64,000 bases of DNA from Candidatus Omnitrophota bacterium (lineage in GTDB: Bacteria; Omnitrophota; Gorgyraeia; B26-G9): positions 5,758 to 69,757 of the forward strand of contig JBDRPX010000023.1 in NCBI GenBank assembly GCA_043826565.1. Reading direction: 5' to 3'. Under the pieces are notes generated by a model, which saw nothing but the letters and a program-made list of their open reading frames with translations, had not been told where the DNA came from and did no database searches. This document shows positions 9,911 through 19,407 of the stretch, piece after piece. Position 1 is the stretch's first letter. The number at the start of each line of letters is the position of its first letter. The position numbers and the translations under genes are program-made.

Positions 9911-10907
9911 AAATTTCCTTTTTTACCAATCCCTCATGAGCAAAGACAAGAAATGGGTCATCGGCCTCTCTTAACCAATACCCTATTCTTTTTAATTGTT
10001 TTACTATTTTATTAGTCCCCATAAAACGGATGGCAACAGCCTTGGCATTTACACCTCGTGCATAAATTACAAATTTCCACATCAATGCTTCCCATGTTTT
10101 TTCATTTAAGGCCAATACGTCAACTATATGCATAGTACCATTTTCAAGGTAATACACTAAATAACCTTGAATTTCATTATTCTTCTCTATTGAAAATATT
10201 TTATATTCATTTGCTTGATAACTAAAATATCTCCAATTAAGGTATGCAGTTCCCCTCACCCCCATAATTTTGAACTGATGTTTAGTTTTCTCAAAAAAAG
10301 AATCAAATTTATTATCGAAAGATTCGTGAAATTTCATACTATAGCCGAGAAAATTTTTCGCAAAAGATTCCCTAAAACAAAGACATAAAAACACATCCAG
10401 AAATTTTGCTAGTGCTTTAGGCAATAGATCACCTTTTATCTTTTCCCTCAATTTATGTTCGGTTTTTAAAATTTTTACAAACCTGCAAAAATTGCCGATA
10501 TTTTGATAGCCCGCTTTCTCTAGTAATTTTTTTGAAGATTTATTCGGGATTCCATACAAAAAATTCATTCCTTCCTTAGCACTATTAGTTATAATAGTCT
10601 TTTGCAATTTTAAAGCCGGGCCGAAAACTCTATCCTCTTTATTAACCCCAAAATCACCTGCGACTCCAAAAGTAAATATTTTCCCAGAAACTTCGAACTC
10701 TCTTTTAAAAAGCGCACCTACTCCGGAAACTCTATTTGTATTAATTTCCTTTGCTATCCAAGCAGCAGCTTCTCCAAAAGGGCATTTCTTGTATTTCCAC
10801 TCAAATTTTTCCCTTAATACTTCAGAGTTGAAATTATTGTTTAATATTAATAAAATATCATCAACATCTCTCAGTAGATCTGCTTTTTCAATATAATATT
10901 TTTTCAT
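9864..10907 (-). CDS. GNAT-fold / FemAB-like acyltransferase (short relative of the PF13480-type proteins downstream)
   Basis: 347 aa. The C-terminal segment (NEIQGYLVYYLENGTMHIVDVLALNE...) is GNAT-like. It is the same size class as, and sits next to, the FemAB-like/ATP-grasp pairs. Confidence 0.4.
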   Translation of the reverse strand: MKKYYIEKADLLRDVDDILLILNNNFNSEVLREKFEWKYKKCPFGEAAAWIAKEINTNRVSGVGALFKREFEVSGKIFTFGVAGDFGVNKEDRVFGPALKLQKTIITNSAKEGMNFLYGIPNKSSKKLLEKAGYQNIGNFCRFVKILKTEHKLREKIKGDLLPKALAKFLDVFLCLCFRESFAKNFLGYSMKFHESFDNKFDSFFEKTKHQFKIMGVRGTAYLNWRYFSYQANEYKIFSIEKNNEIQGYLVYYLENGTMHIVDVLALNEKTWEALMWKFVIYARGVNAKAVAIRFMGTNKIVKQLKRIGYWLREADDPFLVFAHEGLVKKEIFDCENWYFFEGDNDV

Positions 10908-10985
10908 TTAAATTCACCTACTAATAATTTTGAACTTATTGAGCATTTTCTTCAGAAATTTTCACAAAAACAGACAACCTGCTAA

Positions 10986-12185
10986 TTAATGAGTTTTCCT
11001 TATTTTAGTAATTACTTTACAAATACAACTGTAGCAAAAAAATAAAAAAGGTTTTATGTCACAAAAGCGAAAATAAACAAAATCCTTTTTAAAGAATATT
11101 ATTTTTTTAATAATCCCCCAATTAAGCGTTTTTTTAAAACCGCTTTTATATAAATTGTTTACTAATCCGTCCTCTTCCAACCAAAGGATACGTCCTTTAC
11201 AGCTTGGTTCCTCTATATATCCCTGTCCGATCATTTCATAATAATATGCTAGAGGAATATTCACCCCGCCTGCGGCAGCAATAGAAGACTGCATATCTAC
11301 ACGCCCGGCAGTTGGCTCAATAATTAAAAATTTCCCGCTTTTTTGATGCCTTTTAAACTCTACAGACCCTATCCCCTGATACCCTACTTTATCAAACAAC
11401 TCTATTGCCTTAGATCTTACTATTTCTGAATAATAATTCTCTGCTATACATGTATTACCGATTTGCGGCAACCATTGCATTAATTTTCTTCCGGTAAAGC
11501 TCAATCTACATCTTGAATTTTTATCATAATACATCAAACAAAAAAATAGATCTGAATCTTCCCCTGGAACCCACTCCTGTATTATTAAAGATACTTTGCA
11601 CTCAATTCCATTTCTTTCAATTATCTCAATCAATTCTTCTTTAGAATTTACGTAATGAGCTTTATTCCCCTGATTATACTTATCCCATTCAAACGTTCTG
11701 TAGCTAGGTTTTACTACACATGGATAAGTAATATTATTAATAAAATCTAAATTCCTTCCCTCATCAAGTATAAAAGATTTAGGAATATTAAATTTTTCTT
11801 TTTGGGCAAATTCAGCAAATAATTCTTTTTTAGAAAAACAATCCATGATTGATCTTGCAGGCATATTAAAAACATAATACTTCTCTAATATATCTTCATT
11901 TTCAGAAACAATTTTTGCATTTTTGTCCCCGGTCGTAAAAAGAACCGGTTTATTTTTCTCTTGAACTGCAATATCTATTAAGGCTTCCACAACCAAATCT
12001 TGTTTATTTATATCCTCGCAAGTTCTCACCTGCCAATATTTACTATGCTTTCCCGGAAAGTCAGAGTCTGAATCCAAGCAGATTACCTTAATCCCTTTTT
12101 GGCCTAACCCCCTCGCTATGCCCAATCCCGCAGGATTTAACCCAATAATAACAGCACTGTGTTGAGAAAATATTTTATCTTTCAT
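10986..12185 (-). CDS. ATP-grasp domain protein (copy 1)
   Basis: 399 aa. Motifs CVVKPSY, IIQEWVPGEDS, FTGRKLMQWLP, GSVEFKR and IIEPTAGR fit the ATP-grasp carboxylate-amine ligase fold. About 45-50% identical by eye to the paralog at 13463-14668. Confidence 0.6.
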   Translation of the reverse strand: MKDKIFSQHSAVIIGLNPAGLGIARGLGQKGIKVICLDSDSDFPGKHSKYWQVRTCEDINKQDLVVEALIDIAVQEKNKPVLFTTGDKNAKIVSENEDILEKYYVFNMPARSIMDCFSKKELFAEFAQKEKFNIPKSFILDEGRNLDFINNITYPCVVKPSYRTFEWDKYNQGNKAHYVNSKEELIEIIERNGIECKVSLIIQEWVPGEDSDLFFCLMYYDKNSRCRLSFTGRKLMQWLPQIGNTCIAENYYSEIVRSKAIELFDKVGYQGIGSVEFKRHQKSGKFLIIEPTAGRVDMQSSIAAAGGVNIPLAYYYEMIGQGYIEEPSCKGRILWLEEDGLVNNLYKSGFKKTLNWGIIKKIIFFKKDFVYFRFCDIKPFLFFCYSCICKVITKIRKTH

Positions 12186-13380
12186 GTAAACTTTTCTTCG
12201 TTTTTTTTATCCTTTTAATATCTTCTTTTTTTATTATTATTTTCCTTAATTTTTTTAAGAAATTATAAATTCCTGCCTTTTTAATTATTCCCTTTAAAAT
12301 CATTTTCCAAATAATCCCAAATCCAAGCACTTTAGATGAAACTGATAGGCTTTTTATGTCATTGCGAAAGATTACTAATCTATAATACAATGGGCACTTT
12401 TTTGTCCAAAGCTGTTTCCACTCATAAAATGGCCCTAAAAAATCATACCTGGTTATTCGACCTGTCTTAAAAATATATTCCAATGTATTTTTTCTAAGCA
12501 ATATTCCCGGGGAATACTTTACGAATTCCGGGTCATAGCCGATTTTCATAGCAAATATTTCATCCCTGAACTCAATTGCTATTTCAAATGCGATCTTACG
12601 ATTATTTAGCTCCAGTAAATATATCCTTAACCAATTATTTTTATATGCTGTTTTTAAATAATCAAAATAAAAATTCTTTATATTTTCCTTGCTTATTACG
12701 GCTGTCCCGGCATCCCCTTTCCAAGCCAAAGACTCAAGCCTAAAACAATCATTAATTATTGCTTCAATATTTTCAGCTTCACTAATAACACTAAATTTTA
12801 ATTCTCCAAGTTTTGCTATTTTCTTTTCTTTTCTTTTTACCGCTCTGGTTAATTCGCGGCTGCGCGCATTCCAATAGGCCTCCCACGTTTCATTAACATC
12901 AATAAACGGGGAACTAAAACTTTCTTCTCCACTAAAAAGCGAATAGTTCTTCCTATGGCCTACTATTGAATGCGCTCTATTTAAAAATTGTGAACTCTGC
13001 GGCAAAGCGTCAAAATCAATATGTATAATTTTATTTTGTTCCATATAATCCAACAGGCACTTTATTACTTCATCCATTTCCTTTCCTGCAACTATATCAA
13101 AAAAAGGAGTATGGTTATTTTGCATCGCGCTTAAGTAAAAATAGTTTTCTCCTAAAAAATCAGCTTTTCTCTTTATCAGAGGTGTAATGCCCTGAATTCT
13201 ACCCTTATCGCTCATAACAAGGATCAATACATCGACTGACTTGCCGAAATTTTTCCACCAATTAAAGAAAAACTCATAAGTTAAAAATGGAGAATGACTT
13301 TCGTTTCTAGAGTGAAAATCATTCCAAACATCTTCAGTTTTTTTAAAATCTTCTAAATTTTTAATTTCCTGGATTATCAT
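12175..13380 (-). CDS. FemAB-like / CelD-like GNAT acyltransferase (PF13480-type, copy 1)
   Basis: 401 aa. The N-terminus (WNDFHSRNESHSPFLTYEFFFNWWKNFGK...VLILVMSDKGRIQGITPLIKRK) is typical of BioF2-like/FemAB-related proteins of PEP-CTERM EPS loci. A paralog lies at 14680-15789. Confidence 0.65.
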   Translation of the reverse strand: MIIQEIKNLEDFKKTEDVWNDFHSRNESHSPFLTYEFFFNWWKNFGKSVDVLILVMSDKGRIQGITPLIKRKADFLGENYFYLSAMQNNHTPFFDIVAGKEMDEVIKCLLDYMEQNKIIHIDFDALPQSSQFLNRAHSIVGHRKNYSLFSGEESFSSPFIDVNETWEAYWNARSRELTRAVKRKEKKIAKLGELKFSVISEAENIEAIINDCFRLESLAWKGDAGTAVISKENIKNFYFDYLKTAYKNNWLRIYLLELNNRKIAFEIAIEFRDEIFAMKIGYDPEFVKYSPGILLRKNTLEYIFKTGRITRYDFLGPFYEWKQLWTKKCPLYYRLVIFRNDIKSLSVSSKVLGFGIIWKMILKGIIKKAGIYNFLKKLRKIIIKKEDIKRIKKTKKSLHER

Positions 13381-13462
13381 TAAAAACCTATTATTTAATT
13401 TTAAATTTTCTATATGTATCCTTCCTAAAAGGAAGTACCAATACCTGAGCCTTTACTTTCTT

Positions 13463-14668
13463 TTACTGTACCTTTTGCAACCATTTTATTTTTTTAGCCC
13501 CTAAACACAGCGCCTGATAAATCATAATTAAAAAAGGCTTAATATCAAATATATTAAAATAAGCAAAGCCTTTTTTAAGAAAAATAGCCTTCCTGAAAAT
13601 TTTATTTTTTCTAAAATCCTTTATTCCATGTTTATAAATATATTTAAGGCAATAATCTTCATTTATCCATATAACCTTTTTTCTCTTGTGGTTCCCCGCA
13701 TAACTACTTTCTCCGATCATCTCGCAGTAATATTCAAAAGGCATATTTATCCCTTGAAGCAAAGCAATCGCTGACTGCAAATTTGACCGACCTACCGTAG
13801 GCTCTGTAATTTTAAACTCCCCGGTTCTATCATCTTTTTTAAACTCAGCAGAACCCAGCCCTCTATATTGCACTTTATCAAATAATTCCACGCTCATTTT
13901 TTTAATAATATCTAAATCAACACTTTCCGCTACACAAGTGCTTCCTGTGCCTGGCAACCATTGCAAAAGTTTTCTCCCGGTGAAATATGTTTTTAATTTT
14001 GAATCTGCGCCGTAGTACATTAGGCAAAAATAAACATTTGAATCATCGCCTGGTATCCACTCCTGCACAATTAAATCATTGCAGTATTTCCTCTTTTCCT
14101 TTAGCAAAACAAACAATTCTTCCTTTTTATTCACGAAATACGCTTTATTCCCCTCAAACCTGTGTTCCCAAGCATGCGTCTTATAACTGGGTTTCACAAT
14201 ACAAGGAAACTGAAAATCATTGATAATCTTTGAGAGTGATTCTATCTCCTTAAAAATAACACTCCTTGGAACTTTTAATTTTTCTTTCTCAGCAAACTTA
14301 GCAAATTTTGTTTTTTCCATTAACATTTCAACAATATCTGCCTCTGGCAAACTAAATTTATAGTATTTTAATAATTCTTTCCTGTTTTTTGAAGCAATCT
14401 GCACATTTTCATCCCCTGTTAAAAAAAGAACTGGCTTCTTGCTTTCCCTTTTTGCGAAACTAATTAGCGTCTCAACTAAAAATTTATCATCATTTATATC
14501 CTGGCAATTTTCAACTTGGCAAAGTCGCGTATAAGCGCCCGGGATATTTCGGTCTGACTCTACCCCAATCACCTTAACCCCCTTATTAACTAAGGAACGG
14601 ATGATCCCAAGACTAGTCGGATACAAACCAATAACTACCGCTTTAAAATCGCTTGCTATTTTCTTCAT
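13463..14668 (-). CDS. ATP-grasp domain protein (copy 2)
   Basis: 401 aa. Motifs CIVKPSY, IVQEWIPGDDS, FTGRKLLQWLP, GSAEFKK and ITEPTVGR match. It is a divergent paralog of 10986-12185. Confidence 0.6.
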   Translation of the reverse strand: MKKIASDFKAVVIGLYPTSLGIIRSLVNKGVKVIGVESDRNIPGAYTRLCQVENCQDINDDKFLVETLISFAKRESKKPVLFLTGDENVQIASKNRKELLKYYKFSLPEADIVEMLMEKTKFAKFAEKEKLKVPRSVIFKEIESLSKIINDFQFPCIVKPSYKTHAWEHRFEGNKAYFVNKKEELFVLLKEKRKYCNDLIVQEWIPGDDSNVYFCLMYYGADSKLKTYFTGRKLLQWLPGTGSTCVAESVDLDIIKKMSVELFDKVQYRGLGSAEFKKDDRTGEFKITEPTVGRSNLQSAIALLQGINMPFEYYCEMIGESSYAGNHKRKKVIWINEDYCLKYIYKHGIKDFRKNKIFRKAIFLKKGFAYFNIFDIKPFLIMIYQALCLGAKKIKWLQKVQ

Positions 14669-14679
14669 TGGAGATATCT

Positions 14680-15789
14680 TTACCTTTTAATTTTTTCTTT
14701 AATTTTCCGAAAAATACAAAAAAGAGCATATCTAAGCTTGTTTTTTAAAATTCTAATTGTTATTATATCCCGTGTTACAGTTGCCCATTCCTTACAATGC
14801 CTTTTATTCTCTCCTTTTAAAAAATCATATTCTGCAGCATTTCCCTCAACCGCTTTTTGTATTGAATACCCTCTTAATATATTTCCAACCCCTAACTTAG
14901 GGTAGCACTCCAGATCAAGTCCAGCCTGATAAAACAACACTTTCCCCTTATAAATGAGATCATAAAAAGCAGCAACTGGCTTTTTATTTACGTCCAGGAA
15001 GATAAGCCTTACTTGTTTTTTATCAAATAAGTTTCTCATAACTTTCCCATGAAACTGCTTAAATTTCTCACTTCTAAAACACCCTTGTTCCCCCTCAGCA
15101 CTCCATCTTTTTTCATGAAGATCAATAAAAATAGAAAACGCCATAGATAAGTCTTCTTTTTTTTCTATAGTTCTCACCTCTACTTGGGCCATACTACTTA
15201 ACCGTTTTCTATCTCGCTTAAGTTTATATCTAAAATTACTGCTTAATCCAGTTACTAATTCATCCCATGTCTTGGGAAGTTCAATATAATAAGCAACCCC
15301 ATCTTTTTCACATTTATTACTTACTCCTGAATTCGTTAGCTGTTGTCTCAAAATCACAGTATTTATATTTTCAGCAAGTAACTCTTTTAAAACTATTTCA
15401 TCCCATGTTTTATTCACTTTAAAATAATCTACTAAACATCCTATAACTTCTTTCTCTTTACCCTTCTTTATAATAAAATTTAAATACTCTGAACATATTT
15501 CATCTCGTTCTTCTTCACCAGAAGCGATAAATTCTAATCTATTATAATTTAAAAGCCTAAAATAACAAATTTTCCTCAAAAGAAGCGGTGCAATACCTAT
15601 GATTTCTTCATTTTCTTTGACTAAAAGAATAAAAAGTTCCCTCTTTTCCTTAAAAACTTCCCACCAGGAATAAAGCCATTCCCATGTTAGAAAAATATTA
15701 TCGTTGTTGCTTTGGCTTAAAAGTTCATTCCATTGATCTTTTAGGCCTATAAAACCATCATCTGTTGTTATCTTATGAATTTTAACCAT
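14680..15789 (-). CDS. FemAB-like / CelD-like GNAT acyltransferase (PF13480-type, copy 2)
   Basis: 369 aa. WNELLSQSNNDNIFLTWEWLYSWWEVFKEKRELFILLVKENEEIIGIAPLLLRK aligns with copy 1 at roughly 35% identity. Confidence 0.65.
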   Translation of the reverse strand: MVKIHKITTDDGFIGLKDQWNELLSQSNNDNIFLTWEWLYSWWEVFKEKRELFILLVKENEEIIGIAPLLLRKICYFRLLNYNRLEFIASGEEERDEICSEYLNFIIKKGKEKEVIGCLVDYFKVNKTWDEIVLKELLAENINTVILRQQLTNSGVSNKCEKDGVAYYIELPKTWDELVTGLSSNFRYKLKRDRKRLSSMAQVEVRTIEKKEDLSMAFSIFIDLHEKRWSAEGEQGCFRSEKFKQFHGKVMRNLFDKKQVRLIFLDVNKKPVAAFYDLIYKGKVLFYQAGLDLECYPKLGVGNILRGYSIQKAVEGNAAEYDFLKGENKRHCKEWATVTRDIITIRILKNKLRYALFCIFRKIKEKIKR

Positions 15790-15923
15790 ACCTTACCTTA
15801 TTACTTTTTGAAAATTTATAAACGTCCCATTTTTAACGATTTGTCACATTTTACCAATTAAAATAATATATTATAAGTTGAATAAACTACTCTATATGAT
15901 TCTAATTAAATATGCTGACTACA

Positions 15924-17948
15924 CTACAAACTCCCTTCAAACATCATTATATTAATATTCTCACTATCTTTCCGAAGAGCCTGGCATTCTTTAAGACGAT
16001 TGTCAAAATTTCTGATAAAATGATTATCCAGCAATAAAGTACTGATAATTCCCACGATAGCCCGGTTATGATGCGCGCTAATAAGGCTGCCTTTTGCATT
16101 TTTACATTTATTTACTAGTTTAGCTACTGCCTGCGGGTCAAAATAACCGGTTTCAGAAATATTTCTTTCCGACAAAATCTCCTCAAGATAAGCCACTGCA
16201 TCTGCGCTCTTATTGTTTGGGGAGAAAAAGCTTAAACTATCCGGAGCCCGGTACCCCTGTTTTTTCCGGTTAATTATCGGTTCCGGCACATAACTCGCGG
16301 CGATTTTTTTAAGAATATATTTTTCATTCATAACTTTCAGCCTTAATGCCGGAGGAATTTTTGCGCAAAACTCCATTACCCGGTGATCCAAGAACGGAAA
16401 TCTTCCTTCTACGGAATTAGCCATCATCATCCTGTCTCCCTGAGATGAAAGCAAATAACCGGAAAGCAAAGTTTGAACTTCGAGATATTGAGCTTGGGAT
16501 AGACTATTCCATTTTTTAAATTCATCCGGGATCGTCTTGCTCAATCCGGCAATACAGTCAAGCCCGGAGATATCCGCTTTTAACTGCGAAGAAAAAAACT
16601 GTTTTATTTGGGATGTTGCCATCCAGCGGGGAATATGAGAATAGCAAAATTTATCCGTTTCCGGCAAATGCACATTATAAAACGCTTCCAGAAAAAGAGA
16701 TGCTTTTTTTGGCCAATTCGGCAAATAATGATAAAGTTTTTTCAACAGCAAAGGCCGGAGTTTCGATTCAGGATTTTGCGCCCAGAACCGGCGGATCTTC
16801 ATTTCCCGGAACAGATCATAGCCGGCCAATACCTCATCCGCTCCCTCTCCGGTCAAAACTACTTTAATATTGTTTTCCCTGACCAATTTAGATAATAACA
16901 TTAACGGAGCCGGAGCTGTCCGCATTATCGGCTTTTCCGTATGCCAGAGTATATCCGGAATGATCTTCCCTATATCAGAATATTGACAAGTTACCTGGCG
17001 ATGATCAGTATGCAGCTGCTGGAGCATTTGCTGTTGATAACCACTCTCATCATAATCTTTATCCGCAAAACTTACGGAAAAAGTCTTCAGGTCATTATTA
17101 AAGTGTTTTTTCACTATAGATGTGATCAAGGAAGAATCCAGGCCGCCGCTTAAATATGACGCTACCGGCACATCCGCGCGCAAACGGATTCGCGTGGAAT
17201 CTTTAAGCAATTCCAATAACTCTTCGGCATACTGCTGCTCACTATATTTTTTGTTCTGCGTTGATCCTTCAGGAAAGCCCCAATCCCAATACCGTTCAAC
17301 ATATATATTACCTTCTTTGGCGATCATATAATGTGCCGGAGGCAGCTCCTGTATATTTTTGAATACTGTCTGCGGCGGTATAGTTGTCCAGAATGTAAAA
17401 ATTTCATCCAGTCCCCGGGGATCAAGCTCCCGCGGCACCCGGTTATCCGCAAAAATTGCTTTGATCTCTGAGGCAAAGATCAAAGATCCGTCGATAATTG
17501 TATAAAAAAGCGGACGTATCCCCACCCGGTCACGCGCCATAAACAGCTGTCTTTTTTTAGTGTCCCATATCGCCAAAGCAAATTGACCGTTTAATTCCTG
17601 CAAACATGCCGGGCCTTTTTCCTCATATAAATGGACAATAACTTCCGTATCTGTATTTGTATAAAAACAGTGTCCTTTCTTTATTAACTGTTCCCTTAAT
17701 TCCGGATAGTTAAAAATTTCACCGTTATAGACTATCCATATTGATCTATCTTCATTATGGATCGGCTGTTGTCCTCCGGCAATATCAATGATGCTCAAAC
17801 GGGCATGAGCTAACCCTACCTTACTATCCTTATATATACCGCATTCATCCGGACCCCGATGATGCATAAGTAAGATCATCTTTTTCAGAACATCAGTATC
17901 AATATTATGATCTTTGGTAAGATTTAAATTTCCGCTTATTCCGCACAT
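15924..17948 (-). CDS. Asparagine synthase (glutamine-hydrolysing) family amidotransferase (AsnB-like)
   Basis: 674 aa. N-terminal MCGISG supplies the class-II glutamine amidotransferase catalytic Cys2. The PP-loop SYLSGGLDSS lies in the synthetase domain. Confidence 0.9.
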   Translation of the reverse strand: MCGISGNLNLTKDHNIDTDVLKKMILLMHHRGPDECGIYKDSKVGLAHARLSIIDIAGGQQPIHNEDRSIWIVYNGEIFNYPELREQLIKKGHCFYTNTDTEVIVHLYEEKGPACLQELNGQFALAIWDTKKRQLFMARDRVGIRPLFYTIIDGSLIFASEIKAIFADNRVPRELDPRGLDEIFTFWTTIPPQTVFKNIQELPPAHYMIAKEGNIYVERYWDWGFPEGSTQNKKYSEQQYAEELLELLKDSTRIRLRADVPVASYLSGGLDSSLITSIVKKHFNNDLKTFSVSFADKDYDESGYQQQMLQQLHTDHRQVTCQYSDIGKIIPDILWHTEKPIMRTAPAPLMLLSKLVRENNIKVVLTGEGADEVLAGYDLFREMKIRRFWAQNPESKLRPLLLKKLYHYLPNWPKKASLFLEAFYNVHLPETDKFCYSHIPRWMATSQIKQFFSSQLKADISGLDCIAGLSKTIPDEFKKWNSLSQAQYLEVQTLLSGYLLSSQGDRMMMANSVEGRFPFLDHRVMEFCAKIPPALRLKVMNEKYILKKIAASYVPEPIINRKKQGYRAPDSLSFFSPNNKSADAVAYLEEILSERNISETGYFDPQAVAKLVNKCKNAKGSLISAHHNRAIVGIISTLLLDNHFIRNFDNRLKECQALRKDSENINIMMFEGSL

Positions 17949-17998
17949 GTGTTCCTTAGAGTTACGCGTTAACGCGTTTTCGCGTTTGCGTGTTTAAT
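17949..17998. repeat. GC-rich repeat flanking four-helix-bundle gene 1 (contains perfect palindrome ACGCGTTAACGCGT)
   Basis: gagttACGCGTTAACGCGTtttcgcgtttgcgtg is an island of CGCG units in an AT-rich genome. It is imperfectly complementary to 18385-18432 and encodes the C-terminal tail of the four-helix-bundle ORF. Confidence 0.6.
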
Positions 17999-18381
17999 TT
18001 TGCACTTTTTAGATATTTTTTTAAAGCTGTTATCATTCTTCTAGTTTTTTCCGACATTTCATATAAAGAATCAAACTCTGGCTTTTTAATATATTTCTGA
18101 TCTAGAGCAACATATAAATTACACTGAACTTCTGAGGCAGATCTTCTCGCATAAGTTAAAAACCTTATAAACTCCGCATTAGAATCGCTATCAAAACCTT
18201 CTGCAATATTATTCATTATTGAAACTGCAGCTCTCTGGATTTGTCCTGTCAAACCAAAATCTTTGCTAAAATCGCCAGTTTTACTTATATTATAAATTTC
18301 TTTTACTAATATACGCGCTTCTTGCCAAACATTAAGGTCTTCAAATCTCTTTACCCCCATTATAAACTCTCCAACACGCAA
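17962..18381 (-). CDS. Four helix bundle protein (TIGR02436 family; formerly '23S rRNA intervening sequence protein'), copy 1
   Basis: Family hallmarks are FEDLNVWQEA, SIMNNIAEGF and FLTYARRSASEVQCNLYVA. The likely true start is the internal MGVKRFEDL (~18360), giving about 132 aa. Confidence 0.8.
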   Translation of the reverse strand: MRVGEFIMGVKRFEDLNVWQEARILVKEIYNISKTGDFSKDFGLTGQIQRAAVSIMNNIAEGFDSDSNAEFIRFLTYARRSASEVQCNLYVALDQKYIKKPEFDSLYEMSEKTRRMITALKKYLKSAKLNTQTRKRVNA

Positions 18382-18432
18382 ACTCCCAACGCGCTAACCC
18401 GTAACTCGTTAACTCGTTAACCCAAGTTTCTT
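18382..18432. repeat. GC-rich repeat flanking four-helix-bundle gene 1 (right arm; tandem AACTCGTTA x2)
   Basis: cacgcaaactcccaacgcgctaacccgtaactcgttaactcgttaaccc. Its reverse complement pairs imperfectly with 17955-17995. Confidence 0.55.
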
Positions 18433-19407
18433 TTTCGCAAAATCAACTATTTCCGCACTTCCCGGCTCATTAATCTTCGCTAAACCAAGTTCTCGGGACA
18501 TAACTCCGCTTCTAACCATTTCCGCGATCTCAAACGCGTATGGATGAAACCCATACTTATCAATATGCACATGGTTAGCAAAAGAATTTAAAAGACAATT
18601 TGTTGAATTTTTATCCACATCTTGCGGGGCACACCACCCAAGCTCTCCGATTTTCTCAACGATCTTTTCTTCATCATAATCCATAAAAGCCAGCGGACTA
18701 ACATTATAAGGGAACAGGTTCTTGTCCTTAAACTGCTCCGCACTTAAAAAATACTTATTCATATCATCACCGGCAATTTCCTGCATTGGTTTTCTTAATA
18801 ATTCCTGTGTCGTTTTAAAAAGCTCCGGGTTTATTTTCATAATCGAGGATCGAATCGGAGCCTGTCCCGGAGACCAACCCCAGGCCATTATCGGAATTCT
18901 TTTTTCCAACGAAATCTTTAAAAATATAAATTTAACCAATCCGATACAAGAGGTACACATCGTACTGGCCCGCTCCAGGGTCTTCGGAGAATACATTGGA
19001 TGAGTTGCCGCATGCTGAAATATTTTCTTTAATAAAGTAAAATCCGGTTTAAAAACAAGGCTATCCACCCCGATATTCTCCGTAACAGTCCGGATATTTT
19101 TAAACGCCTGCTCGGAAATAAACCCATTATCCAAAACCAAAGCCAGGACTTTAAGTTTAAACACCTCTTTCATCATATATAAAGTATATGTGCTATCCTT
19201 ACCTCCGGAATAAGATACGGTGCAGTCATAATCGCCATTACCCTGCACCTGTTTTAATAATTCCTTAAATTTATTAAAATACAAAGCTTTGTCCTCATTC
19301 AGTTTCTCTGCGCCTTTAAAATTCAGACAAAAGTTACAAACCCCCTTATCATCAAAGGTTATTCCGGGAAAACTTTCCGGCAATACACATTTTATACACC
19401 GTTTCAT
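18409..19407 (-). CDS. N-acetyl sugar amidotransferase (WbuX/PseA-like PP-loop ATP pyrophosphatase)
   Basis: 332 aa. The N-terminus carries a CxxC...CxxC cluster (CIKCVLPESFPGITFDDKGVCNFC). The PP-loop VSYSGGKDST follows. This architecture matches the LPS-biosynthesis amidotransferase family (TIGR03573-like). Confidence 0.7.
   Translation of the reverse strand: MKRCIKCVLPESFPGITFDDKGVCNFCLNFKGAEKLNEDKALYFNKFKELLKQVQGNGDYDCTVSYSGGKDSTYTLYMMKEVFKLKVLALVLDNGFISEQAFKNIRTVTENIGVDSLVFKPDFTLLKKIFQHAATHPMYSPKTLERASTMCTSCIGLVKFIFLKISLEKRIPIMAWGWSPGQAPIRSSIMKINPELFKTTQELLRKPMQEIAGDDMNKYFLSAEQFKDKNLFPYNVSPLAFMDYDEEKIVEKIGELGWCAPQDVDKNSTNCLLNSFANHVHIDKYGFHPYAFEIAEMVRSGVMSRELGLAKINEPGSAEIVDFAKKKLGLTS

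Noticed and set aside
16608-17331. Four plus-strand ORFs (70-95 aa) inside the asnB-like gene
   Set aside because: They overlap the 674-aa AsnB-family gene, which has an intact Cys2 and PP-loop. No motifs are present. They are spurious.
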